Assembly: GCF_964204645.1 (NCBI RefSeq)
Contig: NC_134035.1
Location: 7,534,451 to 7,598,450, forward strand
Source: Tubulanus polymorphus
Lineage: Eukaryota > Animalia > Nemertea
Direction: 5' to 3'
Length of the DNA stretch: 64,000 nucleotides
Positions 53,824 through 63,869 of this stretch are shown one piece after another (positions within the stretch are counted from its first letter, which is position 1; each line of letters opens with the position of its first letter). The notes under the pieces are model-generated. The model saw only the letters and a list, made by a program, of their open reading frames with translations. It ran no database searches and had not been told where the DNA came from. Both the position numbers and the translations under genes were made by a program.

Positions 53824-55120
53824 AACATAAAATCAAAATCATCATACTCGAAATCACTACTGGTTTCTTTAATTTTATTTAATTGTTCAGGTTCTTCTTC
53901 AATTCCATTTTTCTCATTTAAATAAAGTTCTATCTTGTTCCACATTTCATCTCGCTCTCTTTGTTTCTTTTTGTTTGTTAATTCGTCAAATGGAATTATA
54001 ATATCTATGTTTAAATAATTTACAATCTTATTTAAAAAGAATTCATAATTTATTGAATCTGTTATTCTATTTTCCAAATGATACATTAATATTTGTTTGA
54101 ATATTTTTTTAATATTTTCCATATCTTCTTCTGTTAATTTAGGTTTTTCATAATAATCGTTAAATAATAAATATAAATACATTTTCTTTTGTTTTGTGTT
54201 AAATGTTGATGGAATAATTGTTTTTATAATATCTTTTTTAGTTATTTCACCATTTTTATTTTCTATTATTTTCATTTTTTCAAGCCATTGCATATATTCT
54301 GGTGTATGATCTTCTATAGAAAATGTTTTAAAAATTTCATCAAGATAATTTAATTTTGGTTCTAAGAGAAAATCTCTAGTTTTTTCTTCACCCCATAAAT
54401 TCTTTTGCCATCCACATTCAACACAAAATAACACAGCACCTTCTTGTCTTAAGGTCGCATAACTACATTGTGGGCATTTTCGTTTATAATTTATTGGTAA
54501 TAGATCTTCATTAAGCTCTTGGTATTTTCTTACGTTTTCTTTATGTTTTATTGTTCTATTATGTAGATTTGAATTACTTGTTGTAATAATCAATTTACAA
54601 TATTTACAATAATATGTTTTTCTTGTTAATTCATTATATTGTTTTTCTAACTTTTCAACTGTTTCTTTATTATCTGGTAACGTTTTCTCATATTTTATTT
54701 TTTCTAATAAATTATTTTTTCTTTCATTGAATTCAGTTTCAAATTTATTAGAAATTTTATCTATATGTGCTTTACGAAATTGATGATTCTCCCAATCTTC
54801 TATATTTTCAGGGTTATATTTTATTCGACAAGGCTCACAGAAATGATCTTTTATATTATCCTTATCATAGAATAAGAAAGGTCTTTTCCAAATAACTTCA
54901 GGTTCAACTTCGGCAGATTTACTATCAACATTAGCCGTTGCGCCATTAATTCTACACTTCTCTGAATGTTTTTAACATAATTTCTTGAGAATAATTTATT
55001 ACATTTTGGACAGTTTATTTTAGGGGGTTTATAATTTTCATCATGTTTTTTCATATGTCGAGCCATATTACTTTTTCTGATAAGTTCACTACAAATTTCG
55101 CATGCTATCTTCTCATCCAT
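53820..55120 (-). CDS. Multi-zinc-finger protein fused to a poxvirus A2/VLTF3-like late transcription factor (~433 aa after restoring one base in the T5 run at 54969-54973)
   Basis: The frame is open from 54971 to 53820. Zinc ribbon CPQC..CVECG, then IFKQILMYHLENRITDSINYEFFLNKI and DEMW. Confidence 0.75.
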
Positions 55121-55188
55121 TTATTAAGGAAAAATTTTATTAAAATTAATTTTTAATGATGAGCGGTAATTTTTTTATGTTATAAATA

Positions 55189-55941
55189 ATGGTAGAATTA
55201 AAAGAATACAGAATATTTGTAGATTCTAGAAGGCTTACAAATTATAAATCTCATAATTTATTAATACAATTAGATAGAGAATTTAAGAATTGCGTTGATT
55301 TAAAATTAGTAAATATTAGTTTATGTAATTCTTTTTACAATGTAACGGATAAAAGTCTTGAACATTTAATTTTTTCAATCTTTTATAAAAAAAGGAATAA
55401 ATGGTTTTTTATATATTTAAAACCAGGATTATATAATTTAAATACATTAGCACAAGAAATTAATAGAAAAGCTCGAGCTAAATTAGGAAGTGATTCTGGA
55501 TTTAATATTAGAATTTTAAAAAGTGCTAGTTCTAATAAAATAAAGATTAGGTTAGACGAACAATTTAAATTTACAGTAAGAAAACCTTTAGGTAAACTGT
55601 TAGGAATTGCCCCTGATATTGTTACAACATATGCAGAAGGTAAATCAAACTTAATACCTTTTACACATTTTTATATTTATTGTAATTTAATCGATCCTAC
55701 AAAAACATTCGAAGCAACTAAAGATATAACTTGTAATTCTGGTTTACTAAACATTTTACCATTGAAGAATGTTAAAGAATTTGGAACGCAAATAAATTAT
55801 AATTTAACAGAATGTGATTTCAAACCATGCATTCCTAGTTTTAATAATTTTAAATTAGAAATAAGAAATCATAATGGATACTTAATTGATTTGAATAATT
55901 TCCCTGTAATTTATGAATTAGTTATAAGATGTAAAGAGTAA
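55189..55941 (+). CDS. Minor capsid (penton) protein
   Basis: Motifs IFVDSRR, NSFYNV, PGLYN, IYCNLI and EIRNHNGYLIDLNN..IYELVIR, the single jelly-roll pattern of Polinton pentons. Confidence 0.75.
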   Translation: MVELKEYRIFVDSRRLTNYKSHNLLIQLDREFKNCVDLKLVNISLCNSFYNVTDKSLEHLIFSIFYKKRNKWFFIYLKPGLYNLNTLAQEINRKARAKLGSDSGFNIRILKSASSNKIKIRLDEQFKFTVRKPLGKLLGIAPDIVTTYAEGKSNLIPFTHFYIYCNLIDPTKTFEATKDITCNSGLLNILPLKNVKEFGTQINYNLTECDFKPCIPSFNNFKLEIRNHNGYLIDLNNFPVIYELVIRCKE

Positions 55942-55957
55942 TTTTTCACCTATATAA

Positions 55958-56311
55958 ATGAATATAACTGTTGGACCGAGTATATGTTTTGGTTTTGATT
56001 TTAAACGTGAGAAAGAAATGAAATTTAATATGAATGATGTAATTACACATATCAAAAATATTGCATTTTCTAATGAAACAACATTTGAGTATGAAACAAC
56101 AATAGATAAAGAAACTTTTAATGTAGAAAAGATTACTAATTTAATTAGAGAATCTTTAAGATTTTATGAATTAGATGAAGATTTTATCATCGATGATATC
56201 AAAAAAATAATAATTGAAATATATACAAATGAAACTAGTAATAAAATAAATGTTGAATTAATCATAAATAAGTTAACTAAATATTTTGAAGATAGTAATT
56301 TTTTTGATTAA
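55958..56311 (+). CDS. Polinton hypothetical protein (117 aa)
   Basis: Intact ORF with the T-run/TAAATG start. Confidence 0.7.
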   Translation: MNITVGPSICFGFDFKREKEMKFNMNDVITHIKNIAFSNETTFEYETTIDKETFNVEKITNLIRESLRFYELDEDFIIDDIKKIIIEIYTNETSNKINVELIINKLTKYFEDSNFFD

Positions 56312-56314
56312 TAA

Positions 56315-56536
56315 ATGAGTGATAATAAGTGGATAATAACTGGATTATATAATGGAGCATTACTATCAGTTGGAACGGTTGGTTATTCAATGGTATTAAA
56401 AAAAGTATTCAAAATGGGAAGCGTTAATGTTGATAGATTTGATATAAATGATATTTTAAAGTTAACGTTAACAATTACTTTATCTAATTTAACAATTGAT
56501 TATTTGGAAAAACAAAAATATATTCCTCCCATATAA
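56315..56536 (+). CDS. Small hydrophobic protein (73 aa)
   Basis: TAAATG start; two hydrophobic segments. Confidence 0.7.
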   Translation: MSDNKWIITGLYNGALLSVGTVGYSMVLKKVFKMGSVNVDRFDINDILKLTLTITLSNLTIDYLEKQKYIPPI

Positions 56537-56560
56537 ATGAATAATTTTTTTGCTAAATAA

Positions 56561-56983
56561 ATGGCTTCTGCAATTATAACTATTATAGGATCAGCAATTG
56601 TTAACGCTTTAGCATTTACAGGTGGTGGTTATTTATTTAAACATATTGATAAAAATAGTTCATTAGGAGAACAAAGAAGACATAACTTAGCGTTAGAGAA
56701 ATATAATAAAGATGCAGAAGAATATAGAGAAAAGAGACAAAACTATATGGATTACATCAATAAAGAATTATATGATCAGAAGATTTCACATAGAGATTTT
56801 CAATCAGTTGATGATGCAATGAGTTTATATAACGCGGTAACCAATAAAGAAAAATTACATCTATACAAACCTAAATTATCAGATTATTATACCCCAAGTA
56901 AAGAACAACAGAAATATGAAATAATATGGATTTTAGGTGGAACAGTTATTGTTATATTTGTTGCTTATAAGTTTACTAATTAG
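56561..56983 (+). CDS. Membrane-associated protein (140 aa; N-terminal hydrophobic helix, coiled coil, C-terminal TM)
   Basis: MASAIITIIGSAIVNALAFTGGGYLF..RHNLALE; ends in IIWILGGTVIVIFVAY. Confidence 0.8.
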   Translation: MASAIITIIGSAIVNALAFTGGGYLFKHIDKNSSLGEQRRHNLALEKYNKDAEEYREKRQNYMDYINKELYDQKISHRDFQSVDDAMSLYNAVTNKEKLHLYKPKLSDYYTPSKEQQKYEIIWILGGTVIVIFVAYKFTN

Positions 56984-57002
56984 TAATTTTTATTCTAAAT
57001 AA

Positions 57003-57437
57003 ATGGAAGATAAAGTTGATAGTATTGATATCATTCCTCATGATATAAATAAAACTAAATTAAAAATATATTTAGAAAAACAAATATTAGAATTTGAAAG
57101 TGACCTAAAGATAAAAAAGAAAAAATATTTAAAAAGTAAAATTATATATTATTTGATTATAAGTGGTTCGGTTACAATTAGTTCTGTAATAACATTTCTA
57201 GCAATATTCAGTCCATTAACACCTTTAGCTATATCAATTGGTGTATTAGGATTAAGTTCAAGTGTTTTAACTGGTATAAGTTCAAAATTAAATATAAAAA
57301 GTAATAAAGAAAAAATAAAATCTAATATAAAAGAAATTAATAAATTAAAGAATACACTAGATTATATAATAAGTTTAAATGGTCATATAACAGTTGAAGA
57401 ACAAGATAAATTATTAAAAGAATTAATAAATTATTAA
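57003..57437 (+). CDS. Two-TM coiled-coil protein (144 aa)
   Basis: Hydrophobic hairpin flanked by Lys-rich helices. Confidence 0.75.
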   Translation: MEDKVDSIDIIPHDINKTKLKIYLEKQILEFESDLKIKKKKYLKSKIIYYLIISGSVTISSVITFLAIFSPLTPLAISIGVLGLSSSVLTGISSKLNIKSNKEKIKSNIKEINKLKNTLDYIISLNGHITVEEQDKLLKELINY

Positions 57438-57453
57438 TTTTTTAATTATATAA

Positions 57454-58842
57454 ATGGTAGATAGTTTTCCAAAAGCTTTCCAATATAATAAATCAATTAA
57501 ATATAATATTCCAGCAATAGATTTTAATAAAGATATTACATATAGAAATGAAGTTTTAAATTCATTAATTGATTTATATATTTATGTTACTGAAACTAAT
57601 AATTTTAATGCAAAGATGGAAAATATATTTCATGTATATTTAATTGATTTTAAAAAATTGAAAGATGAAAAACAATGGTTATTAAAATCTAATATGAAGT
57701 ATTGGCAGAATCAATTAAATTTTGCTGTTTATTGTGCAACAACAGGATGTGGAATTAGTTGGAATGATCATTTGAATAATTCTAAATATAAACTAATTCA
57801 AAGTTTATTTAGATTTCATACATACTTTCAAATCAGAATAATATTAAATGAATTAGAGTGTGCTTTACCAGGATCTAGATATTTTAAAGAATTGGATAAT
57901 AATATTAATTTATCTAAGTTTTATAAAATTTGCAATGAATTTAATATAGATATAAATAATTCTGATTTTAGAATAAAAATTGGAACAATAAGATCACTTC
58001 CATGCCCTAGAAAGATTGCAGAATATTGTGCACTTCCTATACCATCTAATAGTTTTTATAATATCTATAATAAAAAATTAGGTTATGGTAAAATAGAAAC
58101 AAAGGATTTAGAAACATTAAATTTCAATAAATTACCGAAATTTTATGATAATTTAAAACAAGAAAACAATAATGGTTGGGTATATTTTATTTTAGAAAAT
58201 AGTGAAGGTTTTACTAAATCAGGTATAGAAAGAATAAATCAATCTATTAGAACTTATTTGATATGTATTTTAGGCGCGCAAGTTGAAACAAGATCACCGA
58301 TAATTGGAAATTTGAATACATCATTCGATACACAAAAACAATTCAAAGTTTTATTTGAAGATTCAATTCATAATGATAAAAATAGATCGATTCCAGAAAA
58401 CATTATAAGATATCAAAATTATTTAGATAAATCTCATGTAAGACTTAATTATTGTATAGGCCCTAATCTATTAATTATTTCTAATGATTTAGTATTAAAG
58501 ATGGGAAATATAATTGGTTATAATAATCTAAGTAAAACTGCGACAATAAATAATTCATTTGGATTAAATGATATAAATAAAAAGATTATTACTGCTCCAA
58601 AATTAATGGAAGGTGAAAAAAATAAAAAACATATTCAATCAACTGAAACTAAAACTAAGAATATTAAATTGGATAATGATTCCAAAATAAAAGATTACAA
58701 TACATCAGAAGATATAAAAACTGATAATATTCAACATGATATAATTAAACAAAATGACGATAATAAATCCCATGAAAATACTAAATTAGCTATAACTTGT
58801 ATAGGAATTGTAATCGGAGGAATATTATATTTTAAATTTTAA
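57454..58842 (+). CDS. Polinton protein of unknown function with C-terminal TM anchor (462 aa)
   Basis: WQNQLNFAVYCATTGCGISW motif; ends in LAITCIGIVIGGILYF; tail conserved in the decayed copy. Confidence 0.85.
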   Translation: MVDSFPKAFQYNKSIKYNIPAIDFNKDITYRNEVLNSLIDLYIYVTETNNFNAKMENIFHVYLIDFKKLKDEKQWLLKSNMKYWQNQLNFAVYCATTGCGISWNDHLNNSKYKLIQSLFRFHTYFQIRIILNELECALPGSRYFKELDNNINLSKFYKICNEFNIDINNSDFRIKIGTIRSLPCPRKIAEYCALPIPSNSFYNIYNKKLGYGKIETKDLETLNFNKLPKFYDNLKQENNNGWVYFILENSEGFTKSGIERINQSIRTYLICILGAQVETRSPIIGNLNTSFDTQKQFKVLFEDSIHNDKNRSIPENIIRYQNYLDKSHVRLNYCIGPNLLIISNDLVLKMGNIIGYNNLSKTATINNSFGLNDINKKIITAPKLMEGEKNKKHIQSTETKTKNIKLDNDSKIKDYNTSEDIKTDNIQHDIIKQNDDNKSHENTKLAITCIGIVIGGILYFKF

Positions 58843-58858
58843 TTTTTTTATTATGTAA

Positions 58859-58996
58859 ATGGATGTAAAAGGTGTAGAAGATATTCCATTGGATCCTTTA
58901 GATGAACCTGGTATAAGTGATGAACAACAACCTGATTTTGATGAAACAAGTTTCAGTAATGATAATAAAACGGTATATAATACTAATTTAGGTGAA

Positions 58997-59029
<33 letters not shown>

Positions 59030-60478
59030 TATGATGATCCCGAATTACATGAAAAATTAAATAAAATTAAAATTAAAATAACAGTTACAATTGTTAACGA
59101 AATATTGCCAAAAGATGTAATAGATGAAATTGGTTCAGAAGAAATTGTAAAACAAATTTTAAAAGATGATCCATTTTTCATGAATAATTTAAAATTAAAA
59201 AATAATGTGTGGTATTATAATGTTGAATTAAATAACAAAATTGTATCAGTTCAATTATCTAAAATGAGACAAGAAAATCTGTTCCATATAGAAATGCGAG
59301 CAAGATCTACAATTGAAGGTTCAAAAGGCGGTAGAGAATTTCTCAGAATTATATGGAATGCAATCAATAGAATAAATGAAGAAGAACCAATTCCTAATAT
59401 TGATATAAACAAATATTCACCATTTAAAAATCCAAATCCAAATCCTACTGATTTTGATCCAGAGATGGAAGAGAATAGAAATCGATTAGATAGATTAAGA
59501 TCTTCAACACCCGAAACATCTAGAAGAGATATTCAACAAATTGATAATGATTCAAATCAATTACAATTAGGAAAACATTTTGATAGCATGTTAGATGCAA
59601 TTCATTCATTTGACGAAGAGATGAATAGTATTTTAGATACACCCAGTACTGAAACTGAAATAAATCGAATACAATCTTTACTAGAAAAAGGATTACTTGA
59701 TTTAACTGATGAAGAATTAAAAGAATTTCCTGAACAAGCACGTAGAGAAATTAAAGGAATGCAAGAATCAGCTGGTGAAATTGCTAATATTAAGATGAGA
59801 TTTTCTAAAATAACCATATTAGAAAAAGAATTAGTTAATGTAGATGAAGAATTAAAACAATTAGAATTAAATAGAGATCTTCAATTAATCGAGGAAGCTG
59901 ATTATGAAAGCAGAAAGTTAGCTTTAGAAAAAGAAATAGATGATTTAGAATATAACATAAAATTACAAAAAGAAGAAAGAGATACATTATTAAAATCATA
60001 TGATCTTAATCATATTAAAAAATTAAAAGTTATTTTTAAAGATTTGTTGATAAAACCAGATTCTAAAATATCATTGAAAGATAGAATAAAATTATTATTT
60101 AAATTAGAAGGAATAACAATTCTTTCAATTCTAACAGCTGTAACTATGGTATTTACAACAATTGGTTTAGCTATATCAAATGCTTTAAAATCTACTCCTA
60201 CTCCCACTCCAAATAAACCAGATAAACCTCCAGGCAATAATTCTATACAAGATAAAGTTAAGGATGGTTTAAAGAAATTAGCAAAATATTTATGGGAACT
60301 ATCTAAAAAATCTGCTGCAGCTTTACCAGGAGTTATTGCATCAATTGTTGGTTTTATATTGAAATCTGCAGGAAACATTATTAACTTTGCTGCTGAACAT
60401 ATTATTTTATTTTTAATTACAGTTGTAAGTGCTATTATTTTTGGTTTAGTAAATATGATATCAAAAAATATCAAGTAA
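58859..60478 (+). CDS. Acidic/coiled-coil protein with multiple C-terminal TM helices (539 aa)
   Basis: Intact ORF; C-terminal hydrophobic helices conserved in the copy at 23.4-23.9 kb. Confidence 0.85.
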
Positions 60479-60549
60479 ACCATGATATCAAAAAATATCA
60501 AGTAAACCATGATATCAAAAAATAAATAATTAATTTTTTTGTTAAATAA

Positions 60550-61797
60550 ATGAGTGGGAGTTATATAAGTCCTTTGAAGAATCATAGAATATCTAATGCT
60601 ATTAAAGCAGAAAGATCACATCATATAATTACTCATAACCCTTCTAATATTAATCCCGATGAAACTTTATACGTTAGAATCCCTCGATTAACACAAAATA
60701 CTTTTTATGTTCCAAACAGTATTTATTTATCAACCGATATAAAAGTAACTGGCCATGATAACAATTATGTTGTTGATAATGTTGGAAGATATTTGATTAA
60801 AAAATTAACTATAAAGATTGGTCCGGAAACAGTTTTCTCATTAGATGATTATAATTTATTTATGCATTATAAAGATTTATGGTTAACTAAAGAAAATAGA
60901 AATAATATGATATTTCAAGGCATCCAATCGGAAAACCATAATAAATTAAGATCTGAAGCCAATAATGCAGTAGTAACTCGTGCCACAGATAATTTGATTA
61001 AAAAGATTTATGGAAGCAAATATAAAATTCCATTAGACTTTGAATTGATAAATAATAATGCACCTTTATATAAATACGCAATTCAAGAAGATATTATATT
61101 TGAGATAACATTTGCTCCTGTAAATGAAATTGTATTATCTAGCGTTGTTAAAGATATGGGTTATAAATTATCGAATATATGTTTAGAATATAACACAGTA
61201 ACTAATGAAAATATTGCTAGCACAATTCAAACTCAATACAATCAAGGATTTTCATTATTATATGATTATATTGATAAATTTAAAACTGTAACTATTAATG
61301 CAAATGATGAAATAATTAATGAGAATATTAACTTTCCTAGAAGATCTATTAAAGGTATATTAATATTTTTTACTATTGCAACATATTCTAATGGTGCAAT
61401 AAATGTTGATAATTATTATAATCCTGAAATAACAAAAGTAGAAATAACTATCGAAGGTATAGCGAATAAAATATTTTGTCAAGGAATGAGAATGATAGAT
61501 CAATGGCCAGAAATTAGAAAACATTTTATGAATGAAAAAGTAAAATCATTTGAAAATTGTAATATTAATCAAATTGATTATTATACTGGTAATAAATATG
61601 CATTATGGTTAGATTTTAGAACAACTGAAGATAACTTATTACATGGTTCTGGAAAAAAACTACAAAATACAAAAGATGGAATACAATTATTCATGAAAAA
61701 GAATAAAGGAATCAAAAATTTTAAAATGCACATTTATATTATATCTGATGCGCAATTAAATATTGTAAATTCACAATTAGATAGTATTCAATATTAG
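60550..61797 (+). CDS. Major capsid protein (double jelly-roll, inferred)
   Basis: 415 aa, beta-rich; NPSNINPDETLYVRIP, ALWLDFRT..LHGSG; located next to the integrase and ATPase. Confidence 0.8.
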   Translation: MSGSYISPLKNHRISNAIKAERSHHIITHNPSNINPDETLYVRIPRLTQNTFYVPNSIYLSTDIKVTGHDNNYVVDNVGRYLIKKLTIKIGPETVFSLDDYNLFMHYKDLWLTKENRNNMIFQGIQSENHNKLRSEANNAVVTRATDNLIKKIYGSKYKIPLDFELINNNAPLYKYAIQEDIIFEITFAPVNEIVLSSVVKDMGYKLSNICLEYNTVTNENIASTIQTQYNQGFSLLYDYIDKFKTVTINANDEIINENINFPRRSIKGILIFFTIATYSNGAINVDNYYNPEITKVEITIEGIANKIFCQGMRMIDQWPEIRKHFMNEKVKSFENCNINQIDYYTGNKYALWLDFRTTEDNLLHGSGKKLQNTKDGIQLFMKKNKGIKNFKMHIYIISDAQLNIVNSQLDSIQY

Positions 61798-61827
61798 AAA
61801 TATAAAGTTAAAATTAAGTGTATATAA

Positions 61828-62955
61828 ATGGGTGGTAAAAAATCTCCTAATACTAAAGAACAATATTTAAGAAATTTATATTACAACCCTGAGAGTTCGG
61901 TTGCTTATTCTTCTACTAAAAATATATGGCGTAAAGTAAAACAAGATAAATTAGATAAGATAATCCCACAAAATTTAGTTAAATATAAAGATATAAATGA
62001 ATTTATGTTAGAACAACCAACGTATACAACACATAAAAAAATTGTTAGAAAATATAAAACTCGTAAAACTATGGTAAGTTATGTAGATCAACAGTGGCAA
62101 GGAGATTTAATTGATATGAAAAATGTTAAGAAAGATAATGATGATTATTGGTGGTTATTGAATATAATTGATATTTTTAGTCGTTATGTATGGAGCTTCC
62201 CACTTTATAGAAAAGATGCTGTACAAACATCAAATGTTTTAAGAAAATTTCTTTCGGATGATAAACTAAAACCAGAAAAAATACAATTTGATGATGGAAA
62301 AGAATTTGATAATTCACTTGTTCATGAACTCTTAGATAATCATAATATTAAATATTTTTCAACAAAATCAGATAAAAAAGCAGCAGTTGTTGAACGATTT
62401 AATAGAACATTAAGAACAAGAATGTGGAAATATTTTACAGCAAATAATACTTTTAAATGGATTGATATTTTACCAAAATTGATAGAAGGATATAATAATT
62501 CTTATCATTCTTCTATTGGAATGAAACCTATTGATGCTAGAAAACCTGAAAATGCTGAAATTGTTTGGAATAATTTATATGGAGCATTTCTTATAGATGA
62601 TTTTGGCGAACCTAAATTTAAAGTTGGTCAAAATGTTAGAATTTCTAAGTATAAAAAGATATTTGATAAAGGATACGATCGAAATTTTACTAGAGAAATA
62701 TATAAAATAAAAAAGGTAATAACAACAAAACCATATGTCTATAAATTAGAAGATTTAGATGGTGAAGAAGTTGATGGCTACTTTTACGAAGAAGAATTAA
62801 GTTTAACTACTGAAAATCTAGAACAAGAATATAAAATTGAAAAAGTAATAAAAACAAAAACTATTAAAAGAAAAAAATATTCTTTAGTAAAATGGGTTGG
62901 ATGGCCAGATAAATTTAATGAATGGATATTATCAAGTAAAATTAAAAATATATAA
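61828..62955 (+). CDS. Retroviral-like (rve) DDE integrase with C-terminal chromodomain
   Basis: WQGD, IDIFSRY, QFDDGKEF, VVERFNRTL; chromodomain YKIEKVI..LVKWVGWPDKFNEWI. Confidence 0.95.
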   Translation: MGGKKSPNTKEQYLRNLYYNPESSVAYSSTKNIWRKVKQDKLDKIIPQNLVKYKDINEFMLEQPTYTTHKKIVRKYKTRKTMVSYVDQQWQGDLIDMKNVKKDNDDYWWLLNIIDIFSRYVWSFPLYRKDAVQTSNVLRKFLSDDKLKPEKIQFDDGKEFDNSLVHELLDNHNIKYFSTKSDKKAAVVERFNRTLRTRMWKYFTANNTFKWIDILPKLIEGYNNSYHSSIGMKPIDARKPENAEIVWNNLYGAFLIDDFGEPKFKVGQNVRISKYKKIFDKGYDRNFTREIYKIKKVITTKPYVYKLEDLDGEEVDGYFYEEELSLTTENLEQEYKIEKVIKTKTIKRKKYSLVKWVGWPDKFNEWILSSKIKNI

Positions 62956-63564
62956 ATGAATAAGGAATTATTCATATTTGAGCCTCATAATATGTTAATT
63001 TCTGGTGTAACAAATTGTGGAAAAACTTATTTTATATTACATTTATTAGAAACTGTTTACGAAAACTATTTTGATAATATAGTATTATTTTGTCCAACAT
63101 ATGAATTTAATCAAACTTATGATAGAAACATTACTAGAAATAATAAATTTATTATATTAGATCCTAAAACAGTAAAAGAAAATTTAGATAATTGTATAAA
63201 AATAGCAATTGATATTTATAAAGGATCAAATACATTATTTATCATAGATGATTGTGCTAATCTACATGATTCAAAAGTTAGAGAAAGTGAGTTATGTTAT
63301 TTAGCTTTCTCTGGAAGACATTTTGGGATAACAACTTGGGTTTTAAATCAAAAATATAATTCAATTGTTAAAGATTTTAGAGAAAACATTAGATTTCTAG
63401 TTTTATTCTACAATAAAGATAGAAAATCAATGAAAAATGCACTTGAGGAAAATGATATTATTCCACATGATTTACATAATGAATATATGGATGAGTTGAA
63501 AAATATTAAAAGATCAAAATTACTATTTAGATTACAACACCCATTTAAATATGAATTTATTTAA
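62956..63564 (+). CDS. A32-like DNA packaging ATPase
   Basis: Walker A GVTNCGKT, Walker B FIIDD, GRH motif, LNQ. Confidence 0.92.
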   Translation: MNKELFIFEPHNMLISGVTNCGKTYFILHLLETVYENYFDNIVLFCPTYEFNQTYDRNITRNNKFIILDPKTVKENLDNCIKIAIDIYKGSNTLFIIDDCANLHDSKVRESELCYLAFSGRHFGITTWVLNQKYNSIVKDFRENIRFLVLFYNKDRKSMKNALEENDIIPHDLHNEYMDELKNIKRSKLLFRLQHPFKYEFI

Positions 63565-63860
63565 ATTCAACTAGTTTGTTAATCTAATTGAATTCTAGTT
63601 ACATTCTAGTTGAATTCTAGTTGTTAGTAGTTGAAACAAAAATCAATTAGATTTAACAATATTTCAACTAGCTTGTTAATCTATTTTAATTCTAGTTACA
63701 TTCTAGTTGAATTCTAATTGTTAGTAGTTGAAACAAAAATCAACTAGAATGTAACTAGAAATAAACAAAAACAACAATATTTCAACTAGCTTGTTAATCT
63801 AGTTGAATTCTAGTTACATTCTAGTTGAATTCTAGTTGCAACAACACAACTAATTTGTTT
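63565..63860. repeat. Intergenic CTAG-rich direct and inverted repeat array
   Basis: Units of TTCTAGTTACATTCTAGTTGAATTCTAG; a homologous array lies at about 26830-27025. Confidence 0.85.
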
Positions 63861-63869
63861 GTTATATAA

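Noticed and set aside
60454-60522. 27-bp tandem duplication before the MCP gene
   Set aside because: It is absent from the decayed copy and looks like a local slippage event.
59520-60585. Antisense ORFs within the Polinton (also 23392-23733)
   Set aside because: They are shadows of plus-strand genes and lack the TAAATG start.
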